A DNA stretch of 64,000 nucleotides from Synechococcus sp. (lineage in GTDB: Bacteria > Cyanobacteriota > Cyanobacteriia > PCC-6307 > Cyanobiaceae), in assembly GCA_047284725.1 (NCBI GenBank), contig JBJBEO010000001.1, forward strand, positions 64,001-128,000, read 5' to 3'. The translations under genes were made by a program, and so were the position numbers. How positions within the stretch are numbered: the stretch's first letter is position 1; the number at the start of each line of letters is the position of its first letter. This document shows positions 54,751-64,000 of this stretch, in pieces. Below the pieces are notes generated by a model, which saw only the letters and a program-made list of their open reading frames with translations, did not search any database and was not told the origin of the DNA.

Positions 54751-55005
54751 CAGGGGGGCGATCGCGACGCGTTGCCCCCGATTGTGCAGACTCTGCGCCC
54801 GTTGATCGCCGCTGCGTTGGCGGTTGGCACCACGCTTGCCACCCTCAAGGCGAGACCGTCTGCATCGACGTGGCTGGTCGTCTTTCGGTGGTTTTGACGA
54901 CGGCATTGCCCATCTGTTCATCACCCCACCGGCATGGATCGCGGCAGTTGGATTGTTGTGGCTGGGGCTCTTGGCCAAAGGCTGAGGGGCGCGCTGTCTT
55001 CCATC

Positions 55006-55022
55006 GGTCAGATCCGGTCATG
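55006..55022 (+). promoter_or_regulatory. GGTCAGA-N4-GTCATG motif upstream of secreted paralog 1
   Basis: GGTCAGATCCGGTCATG; the same motif occurs at 55557-55573. Confidence 0.45.
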
Positions 55023-55095
55023 CCTGGCCGTCAGTTCAGTCAGACCTGGGCGATGGAGTTCACGCACGCTTGAGCTGTTCCACGCACATGAAGCG

Positions 55096-55551
55096 ATGAG
55101 TGCAGCCATTCGTTGGCAGCGGTTGTGGCTTGGCCCTTGCACGGCACTGGCCTTAGCCGCACTGCAGCCGTTCCATCCATCGGCCCAGGCCCACCCCGTT
55201 GCCGTGGCCTCCAGAGATCAGCTCAATCACGCAGAGCGCCGTGCTCTGTTTCGGGACCGGCGTGAGTGGGAGTTGAACAGTTTTGAGCGCCGCCGGACCA
55301 TGTGGCGCAATGAACGCCGTTGCATTCGCCATGCCAGGAGCCCCTGGGACCTGCGGCGCTGCAAAGACGAGTTCGCCCGTGCTCTCAACCACCTGGAGAA
55401 GGACCGGTCCCGCGCCATGGATCACGCACGTCGCCGGTTGCGGTTGAAGGCCGTGCGCCATGGATCCAGCGTTTCCTGGCGTGATCGGCGCCATGGCTAT
55501 CCGCATGCTCACCGCCAGCAGCCGATCCTCCGCGTGGATTGGCTGCGCTGA
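55096..55551 (+). CDS. Secreted Arg-rich hypothetical protein with a C-x12-C pair (paralog 1)
   Basis: Signal peptide ending AQA; ERRALFRDRREW...RRCIRHARSPWDLRRCK. Confidence 0.65.
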   Translation: MSAAIRWQRLWLGPCTALALAALQPFHPSAQAHPVAVASRDQLNHAERRALFRDRREWELNSFERRRTMWRNERRCIRHARSPWDLRRCKDEFARALNHLEKDRSRAMDHARRRLRLKAVRHGSSVSWRDRRHGYPHAHRQQPILRVDWLR

Positions 55552-55556
55552 GGGCT

Positions 55557-55573
55557 GGTCAGACCTTGTCATG
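55557..55573 (+). promoter_or_regulatory. GGTCAGA-N4-GTCATG motif upstream of secreted paralog 2
   Basis: GGTCAGACCTTGTCATG; the same motif occurs at 55006-55022. Confidence 0.45.
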
Positions 55574-55665
55574 GCTTGCCATCGTCCTGGTCAGATTCAG
55601 CCCGATCACCCGCCCCACGATGGACGGGTCCGACGTTTCTCCTTCTTCTGATGACTGTTGCATCG

Positions 55666-56046
55666 ATGCCCTGGCAGCGGGCTCTGTTGATCCCCTGTGC
55701 CGTGCTCACGGCTGCCGCCCTGCAGGCGGGGAGCGCCTCCGCTCAGGCTTCCGAGCTCACGGCGTCTCAGCGGGACGCCCTGTTCAGGGTCCGACGCGAC
55801 TGGGTGCTCAAGACCTATCCCCAGCGTCTGGCGCTGCTCAAGAACGCGCAGCGCTGCCTGGAGGGCGCTGCTGTGCCGGAGGCCTTCCGCCAGTGCAAAC
55901 GTCAGAACCGCATGGCCCGCCGGGCACTGCTTCGGCAGGGCCGCAACGTGATCAATGCCGAACGTCAACGTCTCGGCCTCGCACCCCTGGCCAAACCTCT
56001 GCAGCGGCGTGACGGCCGCCATCGCCATCAAAAAGGCCGCTCCTGA
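55666..56046 (+). CDS. Secreted Arg-rich hypothetical protein with LTxxQ and C-x12-C (paralog 2)
   Basis: Signal peptide ending [19 protein letters not shown]...[17 protein letters not shown]. Start 55666 or 55651. Confidence 0.7.
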   Translation: MPWQRALLIPCAVLTAAALQAGSASAQASELTASQRDALFRVRRDWVLKTYPQRLALLKNAQRCLEGAAVPEAFRQCKRQNRMARRALLRQGRNVINAERQRLGLAPLAKPLQRRDGRHRHQKGRS

Positions 56047-56086
56047 TGGAGCGGCCCATCCGCTGGTATGCATCAGCGGATGTTGA

Positions 56087-57292
56087 TCAGGCTGCGTCGA
56101 GGGCGGCTACGCCGGGCAGCACCTTGCCTTCCAGCAGCTCGAGGCTGGCACCACCGCCGGTGGAGATGTGGGACATCTTGTCGGCCAGGCCAGCCTTCTC
56201 CACCGCAGCCACGGAGTCACCACCGCCGATGATCGTGCAGCAGCCCTTGCCGCTCAGGTCCGCCAGGGTGGTGGCGATGGCATTGGTGCCAGCGGCGAAT
56301 TTGTCGAACTCGAACACGCCCATGGGGCCGTTCCAGATCACGGTCTGACAATCCGCAAGGGCGTTCTGGAAGACCTTCACGGAATCGGGGCCGATGTCCA
56401 GGCCCATCCAGCCGTCGGGGATGGCGGTCACAGGGGCGGTCTGGCTGTTGGCGTCAGGGGCGAAGTTGTCCGCCAGAACCACATCGGTGGGAAGCAGAAG
56501 TTCCACCCCTTTGGCTTTGGCCTTGGCCTCCAGCTCCTTGGCCAGTTCCAGTTTGTCCTCTTCCACCAGGCTCTTGCCGACGGCGAGGCCGCGGGCTTTG
56601 TAGAAGGTGAAAATCATGCCGCCGCCGACAAGGATCTTGTCGCACTTGTCCATCAGCGCTTCCAGCACGCCGATCTTGGAGCTGACCTTGGAACCGCCGA
56701 CGATCGCGGCCAGGGGGCGCTTGGGGGCATCGATGGCACCCTGGAGGTACTGCAGCTCCTTCTCCATCAGGAAACCGCCGACGGAAGGCTTGAGGAACTT
56801 AGTCACGCCCTCGGTGGAAGCATGGGCGCGGTGGGCGGCGCCGAAGGCGTCGTTCACGTACACCTCAGCCAGGCCGGCCAGCTTTTCAGCGAAGCCGGGA
56901 TCGTTCTTCTCCTCTTCGGCGAAGAAACGCACGTTTTCCAGCAGCACCACATCACCGCTGGCCATGGCGCCCACCTTGGCTTCGGCATCGGTGCCGATGC
57001 AGCTGTCGGTCTTCACCACCGACTTGCCCAGCAGCTCGCTCAGGCGTGCAGCCACGGGGGTGAGGCGCATGCTCTCGTTCACCTGACCCTTGGGACGGCC
57101 GAAGTGGGCCGAAAGGATCACCTTGGCGCCTTTGCCGATCAGGTCGTTGATCGTGGGCAGGGCGGCGCGGATGCGGGTGTCGTCGGTGATTGCGCCGGCA
57201 TCGTTGAGGGGCACATTGAAGTCAACCCGCACGAGAACGCGTTTGCCGCTGAGGTCGGCGCCGGTGAGGCTGGCCAGGGAACGCTTCGCCAT
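56087..57292 (-). CDS. pgk: Phosphoglycerate kinase
   Basis: [27 protein letters not shown] and [11 protein letters not shown]. Confidence 0.98.
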   Translation of the reverse strand: MAKRSLASLTGADLSGKRVLVRVDFNVPLNDAGAITDDTRIRAALPTINDLIGKGAKVILSAHFGRPKGQVNESMRLTPVAARLSELLGKSVVKTDSCIGTDAEAKVGAMASGDVVLLENVRFFAEEEKNDPGFAEKLAGLAEVYVNDAFGAAHRAHASTEGVTKFLKPSVGGFLMEKELQYLQGAIDAPKRPLAAIVGGSKVSSKIGVLEALMDKCDKILVGGGMIFTFYKARGLAVGKSLVEEDKLELAKELEAKAKAKGVELLLPTDVVLADNFAPDANSQTAPVTAIPDGWMGLDIGPDSVKVFQNALADCQTVIWNGPMGVFEFDKFAAGTNAIATTLADLSGKGCCTIIGGGDSVAAVEKAGLADKMSHISTGGGASLELLEGKVLPGVAALDAA

Positions 57293-57393
57293 GGGGTTGT
57301 GTCGCGCGGTAAGAAAACGAGGGGAGATTAACCCGGGTGGTGCTGATCTGGCGCTAGACCGTCCATATCGGTTCTGCCCCAGTGGAGGAACGC

Positions 57394-57777
57394 ATGTTCA
57401 GCACCGTTCTGTTCCCGATCGACCAAAGCCGGGAGGCGCTGGAAACGGCGGGCAAGGCCCTGGATCTCGCCAAAAGCCATGGCAGCCGCATGGTGCTGTT
57501 GTCGGTGGTGCAGCCGGAGCGGCCGGAGATGCACGACCACGCCACGGTGGCGCCGTTGCTCGACCAGGCCCGTCAGCAGTTTGAGCAGGCGGGTGTGGCC
57601 TGTGAGCTGGTGGAACGGGAGGGCAAGCCGGCCTTTGTGATCTGCGATGTGGCCGACGAGTTGAATGTGGATGTGATCGTGATGGGCACCCGCGGCGTGA
57701 ATCTGGAAGACGACACGGAAAGCACAGCGGTGCGGGTGATCCAGCTGGCGCCTTGCCCCGTTTTGGTGGTGCCGTGA
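57394..57777 (+). CDS. Universal stress protein
   Basis: [24 protein letters not shown] and APCPVLVVP. Confidence 0.9.
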   Translation: MFSTVLFPIDQSREALETAGKALDLAKSHGSRMVLLSVVQPERPEMHDHATVAPLLDQARQQFEQAGVACELVEREGKPAFVICDVADELNVDVIVMGTRGVNLEDDTESTAVRVIQLAPCPVLVVP

Positions 57778-58664
57778 GTACACCGCCGATTCAGTGGTAT
57801 CCCGGCCATATCGCCAAGGCTGAGCAGCAGCTCAAACGCAACCTTGACAAGGTCGACCTGGTGATCGAGGTGCGTGATGCCCGCATTCCTTTGGCCACAG
57901 GCCATCCACATCTCGACCGTTGGGTGAAGGGCAAGCAGCATGTGCTCGTGATCAACCGCCGTGACATGGTCACCGCGGAGGCCCGGGAGGCCTGGCAGCA
58001 GTGGTTCAAGAGCAAGGGGCAGGCCACGGTGTGGTGTGACGCCAAGGTCGGCACCGGCGTGAAGCAGCTCCAGCAGGCGGCGATCCGTGCCGGCCATCAG
58101 CTCAACGAGCGGCGCCGCAACCGTGGCATGCGTCCCCGTCCGGTGCGGGCGCTCACCCTGGGCTTCCCCAACGTGGGCAAATCGGCGCTGATCAATCGGC
58201 TCGTCAAGCAGAAGGTGGTGGCCAGCGCCCGCCGGGCTGGTGTGACGCGCACCCTTCGCTGGGTGCGTCTGGGCCAGGACCTCGATCTGCTTGATGCCCC
58301 CGGGGTGTTGCCGCCGCGGCTGGATGATCAGAAAGCGGCGCTGTTTCTGGCGCTCTGCGATGACATCGGGCAGGCGGCCTACGACGGTGAGCTGGTGGCT
58401 CAGGCCTTTCTGCGGTTGCTCACGGAGATGGAGCAGCGCCCAGGGGCTGGGGTGTCGCTGGCGCGTCTGGCGGATCGCTACGGCATCCCTGTGGCCGGTG
58501 ACACCGTTGATCCGGCGCTGTGGATGCAGGCCGCTGCGGAGAAGCACACCTCGGCGGACACCTCGCGGATGGCCCAGCGCCTGATGGATGACTTCCGCAA
58601 GTCAGCCCTGGGCAGCATTGCCCTGGAGCTGCCGAAGGAGCGGCCGGTGGAGCAGCGGGTGTGA
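57774..58664 (+). CDS. ylqF: Ribosome biogenesis GTPase YlqF/RbgA
   Basis: IQWYPGH, DARIP, GFPNVGKSALIN and LLDAPG. GTGA overlap with the usp gene. Confidence 0.95.
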   Translation: MSTPPIQWYPGHIAKAEQQLKRNLDKVDLVIEVRDARIPLATGHPHLDRWVKGKQHVLVINRRDMVTAEAREAWQQWFKSKGQATVWCDAKVGTGVKQLQQAAIRAGHQLNERRRNRGMRPRPVRALTLGFPNVGKSALINRLVKQKVVASARRAGVTRTLRWVRLGQDLDLLDAPGVLPPRLDDQKAALFLALCDDIGQAAYDGELVAQAFLRLLTEMEQRPGAGVSLARLADRYGIPVAGDTVDPALWMQAAAEKHTSADTSRMAQRLMDDFRKSALGSIALELPKERPVEQRV

Positions 58665-59692
58665 GCGGTCAGGGCCATCGGCGCCAACGTCCCCCCTTGC
58701 CGGAGGAAACCTTCACCCAGGCCTTTGGCGAGGGGGAAGGAGAGCTGCTGACGCTCACCTATCCCAAACCGCTGCCGATGCGACTCGATCGCTGGTTGGT
58801 GAGTCAGCGATCCGAGCAGAGCCGGGCGCGCATTCAGAAGTTCATCGACGCCGGCTTCGTGCGGGTGAACGGCAAGACCGGTAAAGCCAAAACGCCCTTG
58901 CGCGAGGGGGATGAAGTGCAGCTGTGGATGCCCCCACCGGAACCGCTGCCCTACCTGAAACCGGAGCCGATGGATCTCGATGTGCTCTTTGAAGACGCGC
59001 ACCTGATCGTGATCAACAAACCGGCGGGTCTCACGGTGCATCCGGCACCGGGCAACAAGGACGGCACGTTGGTGAATGGCCTGCTGCACCATTGCCCCGA
59101 TCTGCCGGGGATCAGCGGCAAACTCCGGCCCGGGATCGTGCATCGGCTCGATAAGGACACCACCGGCTGCATCGTCATTGCCAAGAGCCAGGAGGCGCTG
59201 GTGAAGCTGCAGGTGCAGATCCAGAAACGGATCGCTTCAAGGGAGTACATGGCCGTGGTGCATGGTCTGCCCCAGGGGGATTACGGTTCGATCGTGGGGG
59301 CGATCGGTCGCCACCCAGCCGATCGCAAGAAATATGCCGTTGTCAGCGGGGAGAGCGGTCGTTACGCCTGCACGCACTGGACGCTGGTGGAGCGTCTCGG
59401 CGATTACTCGCTGTTGCGCTTCAAGCTCGACACGGGACGCACCCATCAGATCCGCGTGCATTGCGCCCACATGAACCACCCGGTGCTGGGGGATCCCACC
59501 TACAGCCGTTGCCGCAAATTGCCGATCGACCTGCCAGGCCAGGCCTTGCATGCCTTTCAACTGGGTCTCGATCACCCGATCTCGCGGGAACGCATGGTGT
59601 TTGAAGCACCGCTCCCACCGGTGATGGAGACGTTGCTCACGGTGCTCAGGCGGCGGGCAGGCGTGGACATGCATCCACCAACTTTCGAGTGA
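58661..59692 (+). CDS. rluD: RluA/RluD-family 23S rRNA pseudouridine synthase with S4 domain
   Basis: RLDRWL S4 domain, NKPAGL, HRLDKDTTG and GRTHQIRVH. Confidence 0.92.
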   Translation: MSGQGHRRQRPPLPEETFTQAFGEGEGELLTLTYPKPLPMRLDRWLVSQRSEQSRARIQKFIDAGFVRVNGKTGKAKTPLREGDEVQLWMPPPEPLPYLKPEPMDLDVLFEDAHLIVINKPAGLTVHPAPGNKDGTLVNGLLHHCPDLPGISGKLRPGIVHRLDKDTTGCIVIAKSQEALVKLQVQIQKRIASREYMAVVHGLPQGDYGSIVGAIGRHPADRKKYAVVSGESGRYACTHWTLVERLGDYSLLRFKLDTGRTHQIRVHCAHMNHPVLGDPTYSRCRKLPIDLPGQALHAFQLGLDHPISRERMVFEAPLPPVMETLLTVLRRRAGVDMHPPTFE

Positions 59693-61271
59693 TGGCGGCC
59701 TGGGGAGAGCCCAGGAGCTGATCGCCCGGTCCGGCTTCCACGATGCGGCCCTGGTCGAGCACGATCACCCGATGGCAGAAGCCACTCGCCACCGCGAGGT
59801 CGTGGGTGATGAACACGATCCCAAGCCCCAGTTGATCCTGCAGCGAACGCAGCAGGGCCAGCACATCCGCCTGGATCTCCGCATCGAGCATGCTCACGCT
59901 TTCGTCGCAGATCAGCACCTTCGGCGCCAGGGCCAAGGCCCTGGCGATCGCCACGCGCTGCTGCTGGCCGCCGGAGAGCTGTCGGGGTCGCCGGTTCTGG
60001 AAGTCCTCCGCAGGCGATAACCCCACCAGCTCCAGCAGCTCGCGGGCCCGTTCCCGGGCGGCGGCCTTGCTGGCCAGCCCATGAATGAGCAGGGGGTCGG
60101 CGATTGCATCCCCCACCTGCAGGGCTGGGTTGAGGCAGGCGAGGGGGTCCTGGAACACCATCTGAATCCTGCGCCGCAGCTGCCGTTCACGGCTGCCGCG
60201 TTGCCGCAACAGGTTGTTGCCTTCCAGCCACACCGCTCCGCCGCGGATCGGGTTGAGTCCCATCAGGGCCCGGCAGAGCGTGCTTTTGCCGCAGCCTGAG
60301 CCCCCCACGACCCCCACGGATTCACTGGCCTGCAGCTGGAAGCTCACCCCATCCACGGCTTTGAGCCAGCGGGGTGCCCAGGGTGGTCCGCCCAGGTTGT
60401 GCCAGCAACGCAATTCCTCCACCTTCAACAGCGTGGAGGCATCCGGTTGCTCCGGTGTACGCCCCCCCTCCCGGGCACGGGCGGCTGACACCAGGCGCTG
60501 TGCGATGGCGGAGCGTGGCTGGGTGAGGACGGCGGTGCTGCTGGCTGATTCCACCACCTTGCCCCCATCGAGCACGGCCATGCGATCACACCAGCGGTGG
60601 GCCATGGCCAGGTCGTGGGTGATCAGCAGCAGGGCACTGCCGAGGTCGTCGCAGTGTTGGCGCAGTTCCGCCATCACCTGTCCGGCCACGGCCACATCCA
60701 GGCTGGTGGTGGGTTCATCCGCGATCAGGAGCGGCGGCTCCAGGGCGATGGCCAGGGCGATGGCCAGGCGCTGACGCATGCCACCGCTGAATTCATGGGG
60801 ATAGGCGTTGAAGCGGTCGGCACCGAGGCCCACCCGCTCCAGCAGCTCACAGGCCCGCTGCCGCCGACTGGCGGCACTCCGGTCGGGGCGATGGGCCTTG
60901 AGGGTGTCGAGCAGATGCGCCCCCACGGTCATCAGCGGATTGAGCCGGGTCATGGGGTCTTGAAACACCAGACCCACCGCTTCGCCACGCAGCTGGCGCA
61001 GGGCCCCGCGGCTGAGGCTGCGGGGATCCTGGCCATTCAGGCGCAGGCCACCGTCACAGGTGCTGCCGGGCGGTAACAGTTGCAGGGCGGTGCGGGCCAC
61101 GGTGCTCTTGCCGCAGCCGGAGGGTCCCACCAGGGCCAGATGCTCCCCAGCGGCAATGCGCAGATTCAGACCATCGAGGGTCCACTGGCGACTTCCCGGG
61201 TAGCGCAGGCGCAGTTGATCCAGCTCCAGCACAGCCGCGGAGGCACGGGATGGATCTGGCCGCTGGCTCAT
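59646..61271 (-). CDS. ABC transporter ATP-binding protein with two fused NBDs (dipeptide/oligopeptide-like)
   Basis: GPSGCGKS/FSGGMRQR and GGSGCGKS/LSGGQQQR. Start uncertain (61271 chosen). Confidence 0.9.
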   Translation of the reverse strand: MSQRPDPSRASAAVLELDQLRLRYPGSRQWTLDGLNLRIAAGEHLALVGPSGCGKSTVARTALQLLPPGSTCDGGLRLNGQDPRSLSRGALRQLRGEAVGLVFQDPMTRLNPLMTVGAHLLDTLKAHRPDRSAASRRQRACELLERVGLGADRFNAYPHEFSGGMRQRLAIALAIALEPPLLIADEPTTSLDVAVAGQVMAELRQHCDDLGSALLLITHDLAMAHRWCDRMAVLDGGKVVESASSTAVLTQPRSAIAQRLVSAARAREGGRTPEQPDASTLLKVEELRCWHNLGGPPWAPRWLKAVDGVSFQLQASESVGVVGGSGCGKSTLCRALMGLNPIRGGAVWLEGNNLLRQRGSRERQLRRRIQMVFQDPLACLNPALQVGDAIADPLLIHGLASKAAARERARELLELVGLSPAEDFQNRRPRQLSGGQQQRVAIARALALAPKVLICDESVSMLDAEIQADVLALLRSLQDQLGLGIVFITHDLAVASGFCHRVIVLDQGRIVEAGPGDQLLGSPQAAITRKLVDACPRLPAA

Positions 61272-61327
61272 GGAGGGCTGTGATGGGCGCATGACTCCCA
61301 TAACATGGTGAAACCCTGCCGGGTCGG

Positions 61328-63664
61328 ATGCTGAAAGGCGCCTCTGCGACAGAACCGACACAGATCGATGCGGTCTGTGAGGAGCCCACTGCGGGCCTGC
61401 CCACGGTTCGCGCCCATCCGATTCGCAGCATCGAGGATTACGGCATCGACCTGCCCCCCTGGTTGCGGGAGTGTCTTGGGCATGTGCCCCCGGGTGCGGG
61501 ATACAGCTGTCCCACCGATTCAGAAGCGCTGCTGGCCGCCGCGTTCGATTTCGCCTTTCAGCTCCATGAGGGGCAGTTCCGCGCCAGCGGCGATCCCTAC
61601 ATCGTCCATCCGGTGGCGGTGGCCGATTTGCTGCGCGACATCGGCGCCAGTGCTCCGGTGATTGCCGCCGGCTTCCTCCATGACGTGGTGGAAGACACCG
61701 ACCTCACCGCTGATCAGCTGGAAGAACATTTCGGGCCTGAGGTACGGGCTCTGGTGGAAGGGGTCACCAAGCTCGGCGGCCTTCACTTCACGAATCGCAC
61801 CGAAGCCCAGGCGGAGAACCTGCGCAAGATGTTTCTGGCCATGGCCAGCGACATCCGCGTGGTGCTGGTGAAGCTGGCGGACCGCCTGCACAACATGCGC
61901 ACCCTCGGGTCGTTGAAGCGCGAAAAGCAGGAACGGATCGCCCGTGAGACCCGGGAGATCTATGCCCCGCTGGCCAACCGTCTGGGGATCGGTCGGTTCA
62001 AGTGGGAGCTCGAAGACCTGGCCTTCAAGCTGCTGGAACCGGAGGCGTTCCGGGAGATCAGCGAAGAGGTGGCCACCAAGCGCAGCGAACGGGAAGAACG
62101 ACTCGGCGTGACCCTGAAGTTGTTGAGCGATCGGCTGGCGGCGGTCGGGCTGGACAGCTGTGAGGTGAATGGCCGGCCGAAACACCTCTACGGCATCTGG
62201 AGCAAGATGCAGCGCCAGCAGAAGGCCTTCCACGAGATCTACGACGTGGCGGCGGTGCGGATCATCACTCCGAGTCTGGAAACCTGTTACCGGGCTTTGG
62301 CGGTGGTGCACGACACCTTCCGGCCGATCCCCGGACGCTTCAAGGACTACATCGGCTTGCCCAAGCCCAATGGCTACCAGTCGCTGCATACGGCGGTGAT
62401 TGGTCGCCATCGACCGATCGAGGTGCAGATCCGCACCGCAGAGATGCATCAGGTGTCGGAATTCGGCATCGCGGCCCACTGGAAATACAAGGAGGGCGGT
62501 TCCCCCGCCGCCGCCGGTGACACGGAGCGCTTCAACTGGCTCCGGCAGCTGGTGGATTGGCAGCAGGAAGGTGGCAACGACGACCACAACGACTACCTCG
62601 CGTCGATCAAGGAAGACCTCTTTGACGAGGAGGTGTTTGTGTTCACCCCCAAGGGCGAGGTGGTGGGGCTTCGGAAGGGGTCCACGGCGGTGGACTTTGC
62701 CTTTCGGATCCATTCCGAAGTGGGCAACCACTGCCATGGCGTCCGGATCAACGACCGCTTGTCGCCATTGTCGACGCCGCTGCAGAACGGTGACTTCGTC
62801 AACATTCTCACGAGCAAAACGGCTCACCCCAGCCTTGACTGGTTGAACTTCGTGGCCACGCCCACAGCGCGGAACCGCATCCGCCAGTGGTACAAGCGCA
62901 GCCATCGTGAGGAGACGATCGAGCGTGGCAAGGAGCTGCTGGAGCGGGAGCTGGGGCGCAGTGGCTTCGATGCCCTGCTCTCCAGCGATGCGATGACCAG
63001 GGTGTCGGAACGCTGCAATCTGCAGTCCACCGAAGATCTGCTGGCGTCGTTGGGCTTCGGTGCCGTCACTCTGCAGCAGGTGCTCAACCGTCTGCGGGAG
63101 GAGATCCGCCTTCAGACCGATACCCAGACCCAGCCCCTCAGCAATGAGGACGTGGCCCGCAAGTTGGTGGAGCAGCAGGCTGATGCCGCATCAGGCCGCA
63201 GTCGTCACAGCGAAACCCAACCCATTCTCGGGGTGGAAGGCCTCGACTACCGCCTGGGGGGCTGCTGCAGTCCGCTGCCGGGAGAGGCCATCGTCGGTAC
63301 GGTGGCCCTCGGCAACCATGGCATCACCATCCACTGCCGGGAGTGCGCCAACATCGAGACGACGCCGAGTGAACGCCGACTGCCGGTGCGTTGGAATCCA
63401 GCGGCGACACGCGAAGGGCAACGCTTCCCGGTGCATCTGCGCATCGATGTGATCGATCGGGTTGGCATTCTCAAAGACATCCTGATGCGCCTGTCGGACG
63501 GCTCGATCAACGTCAGTGATGCCCGGGTGAAAACCGCCTATGGCAAACCGGCACGGATTGAATTGCTGGTGGAGCTGGGCAGTGCTGATCTGCTGCAGCG
63601 CACCATGAGTCAGATCCGCTGCATGGCGGATGTGCTCGATATTGCCCGCACAGGGCAGGGATAA
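61328..63664 (+). CDS. spoT: Bifunctional (p)ppGpp synthetase/hydrolase (long RSH)
   Basis: HD motif LHDVVED, synthetase RFKDY...YQSLHT, TGS domain FAFRIHSEVG, CC and ACT domains. Confidence 0.96.
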   Translation: MLKGASATEPTQIDAVCEEPTAGLPTVRAHPIRSIEDYGIDLPPWLRECLGHVPPGAGYSCPTDSEALLAAAFDFAFQLHEGQFRASGDPYIVHPVAVADLLRDIGASAPVIAAGFLHDVVEDTDLTADQLEEHFGPEVRALVEGVTKLGGLHFTNRTEAQAENLRKMFLAMASDIRVVLVKLADRLHNMRTLGSLKREKQERIARETREIYAPLANRLGIGRFKWELEDLAFKLLEPEAFREISEEVATKRSEREERLGVTLKLLSDRLAAVGLDSCEVNGRPKHLYGIWSKMQRQQKAFHEIYDVAAVRIITPSLETCYRALAVVHDTFRPIPGRFKDYIGLPKPNGYQSLHTAVIGRHRPIEVQIRTAEMHQVSEFGIAAHWKYKEGGSPAAAGDTERFNWLRQLVDWQQEGGNDDHNDYLASIKEDLFDEEVFVFTPKGEVVGLRKGSTAVDFAFRIHSEVGNHCHGVRINDRLSPLSTPLQNGDFVNILTSKTAHPSLDWLNFVATPTARNRIRQWYKRSHREETIERGKELLERELGRSGFDALLSSDAMTRVSERCNLQSTEDLLASLGFGAVTLQQVLNRLREEIRLQTDTQTQPLSNEDVARKLVEQQADAASGRSRHSETQPILGVEGLDYRLGGCCSPLPGEAIVGTVALGNHGITIHCRECANIETTPSERRLPVRWNPAATREGQRFPVHLRIDVIDRVGILKDILMRLSDGSINVSDARVKTAYGKPARIELLVELGSADLLQRTMSQIRCMADVLDIARTGQG

Positions 63665-63679
63665 GCCGCTGCTGGCGCG

Positions 63680-64000
63680 TCAGCGACAGCGCTCCTTCAG
63701 GGCAGCGAGCACCTGTTTCACGCCATCACGCTGACCCTGCATGAAAAAGGCTTCGCGCTCCACCGCGCGACTGCCGTGGTGGTAGCTGCGCAGAAGGATG
63801 CCGCTGATTTCCCTTTCAATCACCGGGCTCACCTTCACGCGCCAGCCGATGGGCGTCAGGCGGCCTGTTGGACAGCTCTGCACGGCATGGACCGCTTCAT
63901 GCAGAAAGGTCTGTCGGGCGATGCCCAGGGGAAACGTGAGGGGCGAGATCCAGAGCGTTCGGCTTTGGCTCTGGAACAGTCCGTAACTGCGCTGGACGGG
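63680..64000 (-). CDS. Partial hypothetical protein with an HExxH zinc-metallopeptidase-like motif (3' part only)
   Basis: Manual translation: PVQRSYGLFQSQSRTLWISPLTFPLGIARQTFLHEAVHAVQSC...EREAFFMQ...CR*. The frame is open to the window end. Confidence 0.65.
   Translation of the reverse strand, partial: PVQRSYGLFQSQSRTLWISPLTFPLGIARQTFLHEAVHAVQSCPTGRLTPIGWRVKVSPVIEREISGILLRSYHHGSRAVEREAFFMQGQRDGVKQVLAALKERCR

Noticed and set aside
56168..62905. Long antisense ORFs over pgk (56168..57331), ylqF (57573..58547) and relA/spoT (61520..62905)
   Set aside because: Shadow ORFs with no independent evidence.

Overview
This is a high-GC cyanobacterial chromosome segment. Gene content and order point to a marine Synechococcus-type picocyanobacterium (inference). 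Most of the window is core genome: flv1/flv3, a TRAP transporter, hsp20, MEKHLA-SWIM-SNF2, alaS, speA, ndk, thiO, gatB, coaE, argJ, an ABC1 kinase, eno, gloA, clpB, secE-nusG-rplKAJL, rnhA, pyrD, a pilMNOQ-like cluster, cobD, murG, pgk, usp, ylqF, rluD, an ABC ATPase and relA/spoT. Two AT-richer inserts stand out. The first is an RND efflux cassette between alaS and speA. The second is a ~4.5 kb decayed integrative element at 26.5-31.0 kb. It is bounded by an 18-bp near-perfect duplication of the argJ 3' end and carries a broken tyrosine-integrase remnant next to the distal copy. Its only intact-looking cargo is a TPR-only protein and a convergent, stop-overlapping protein with the ordered motifs of a Rubisco-LSMT/SETD3-type SET-domain methyltransferase; this pair is the best candidate for an undescribed system. 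Other notable items are a PilM-PilN-like fusion, a repeat insertion in the secretin, and two tandem secreted two-Cys paralogs that share a 17-bp upstream motif. I saw no tRNA, rRNA or CRISPR array. All calls were made by eye; no searches were run.
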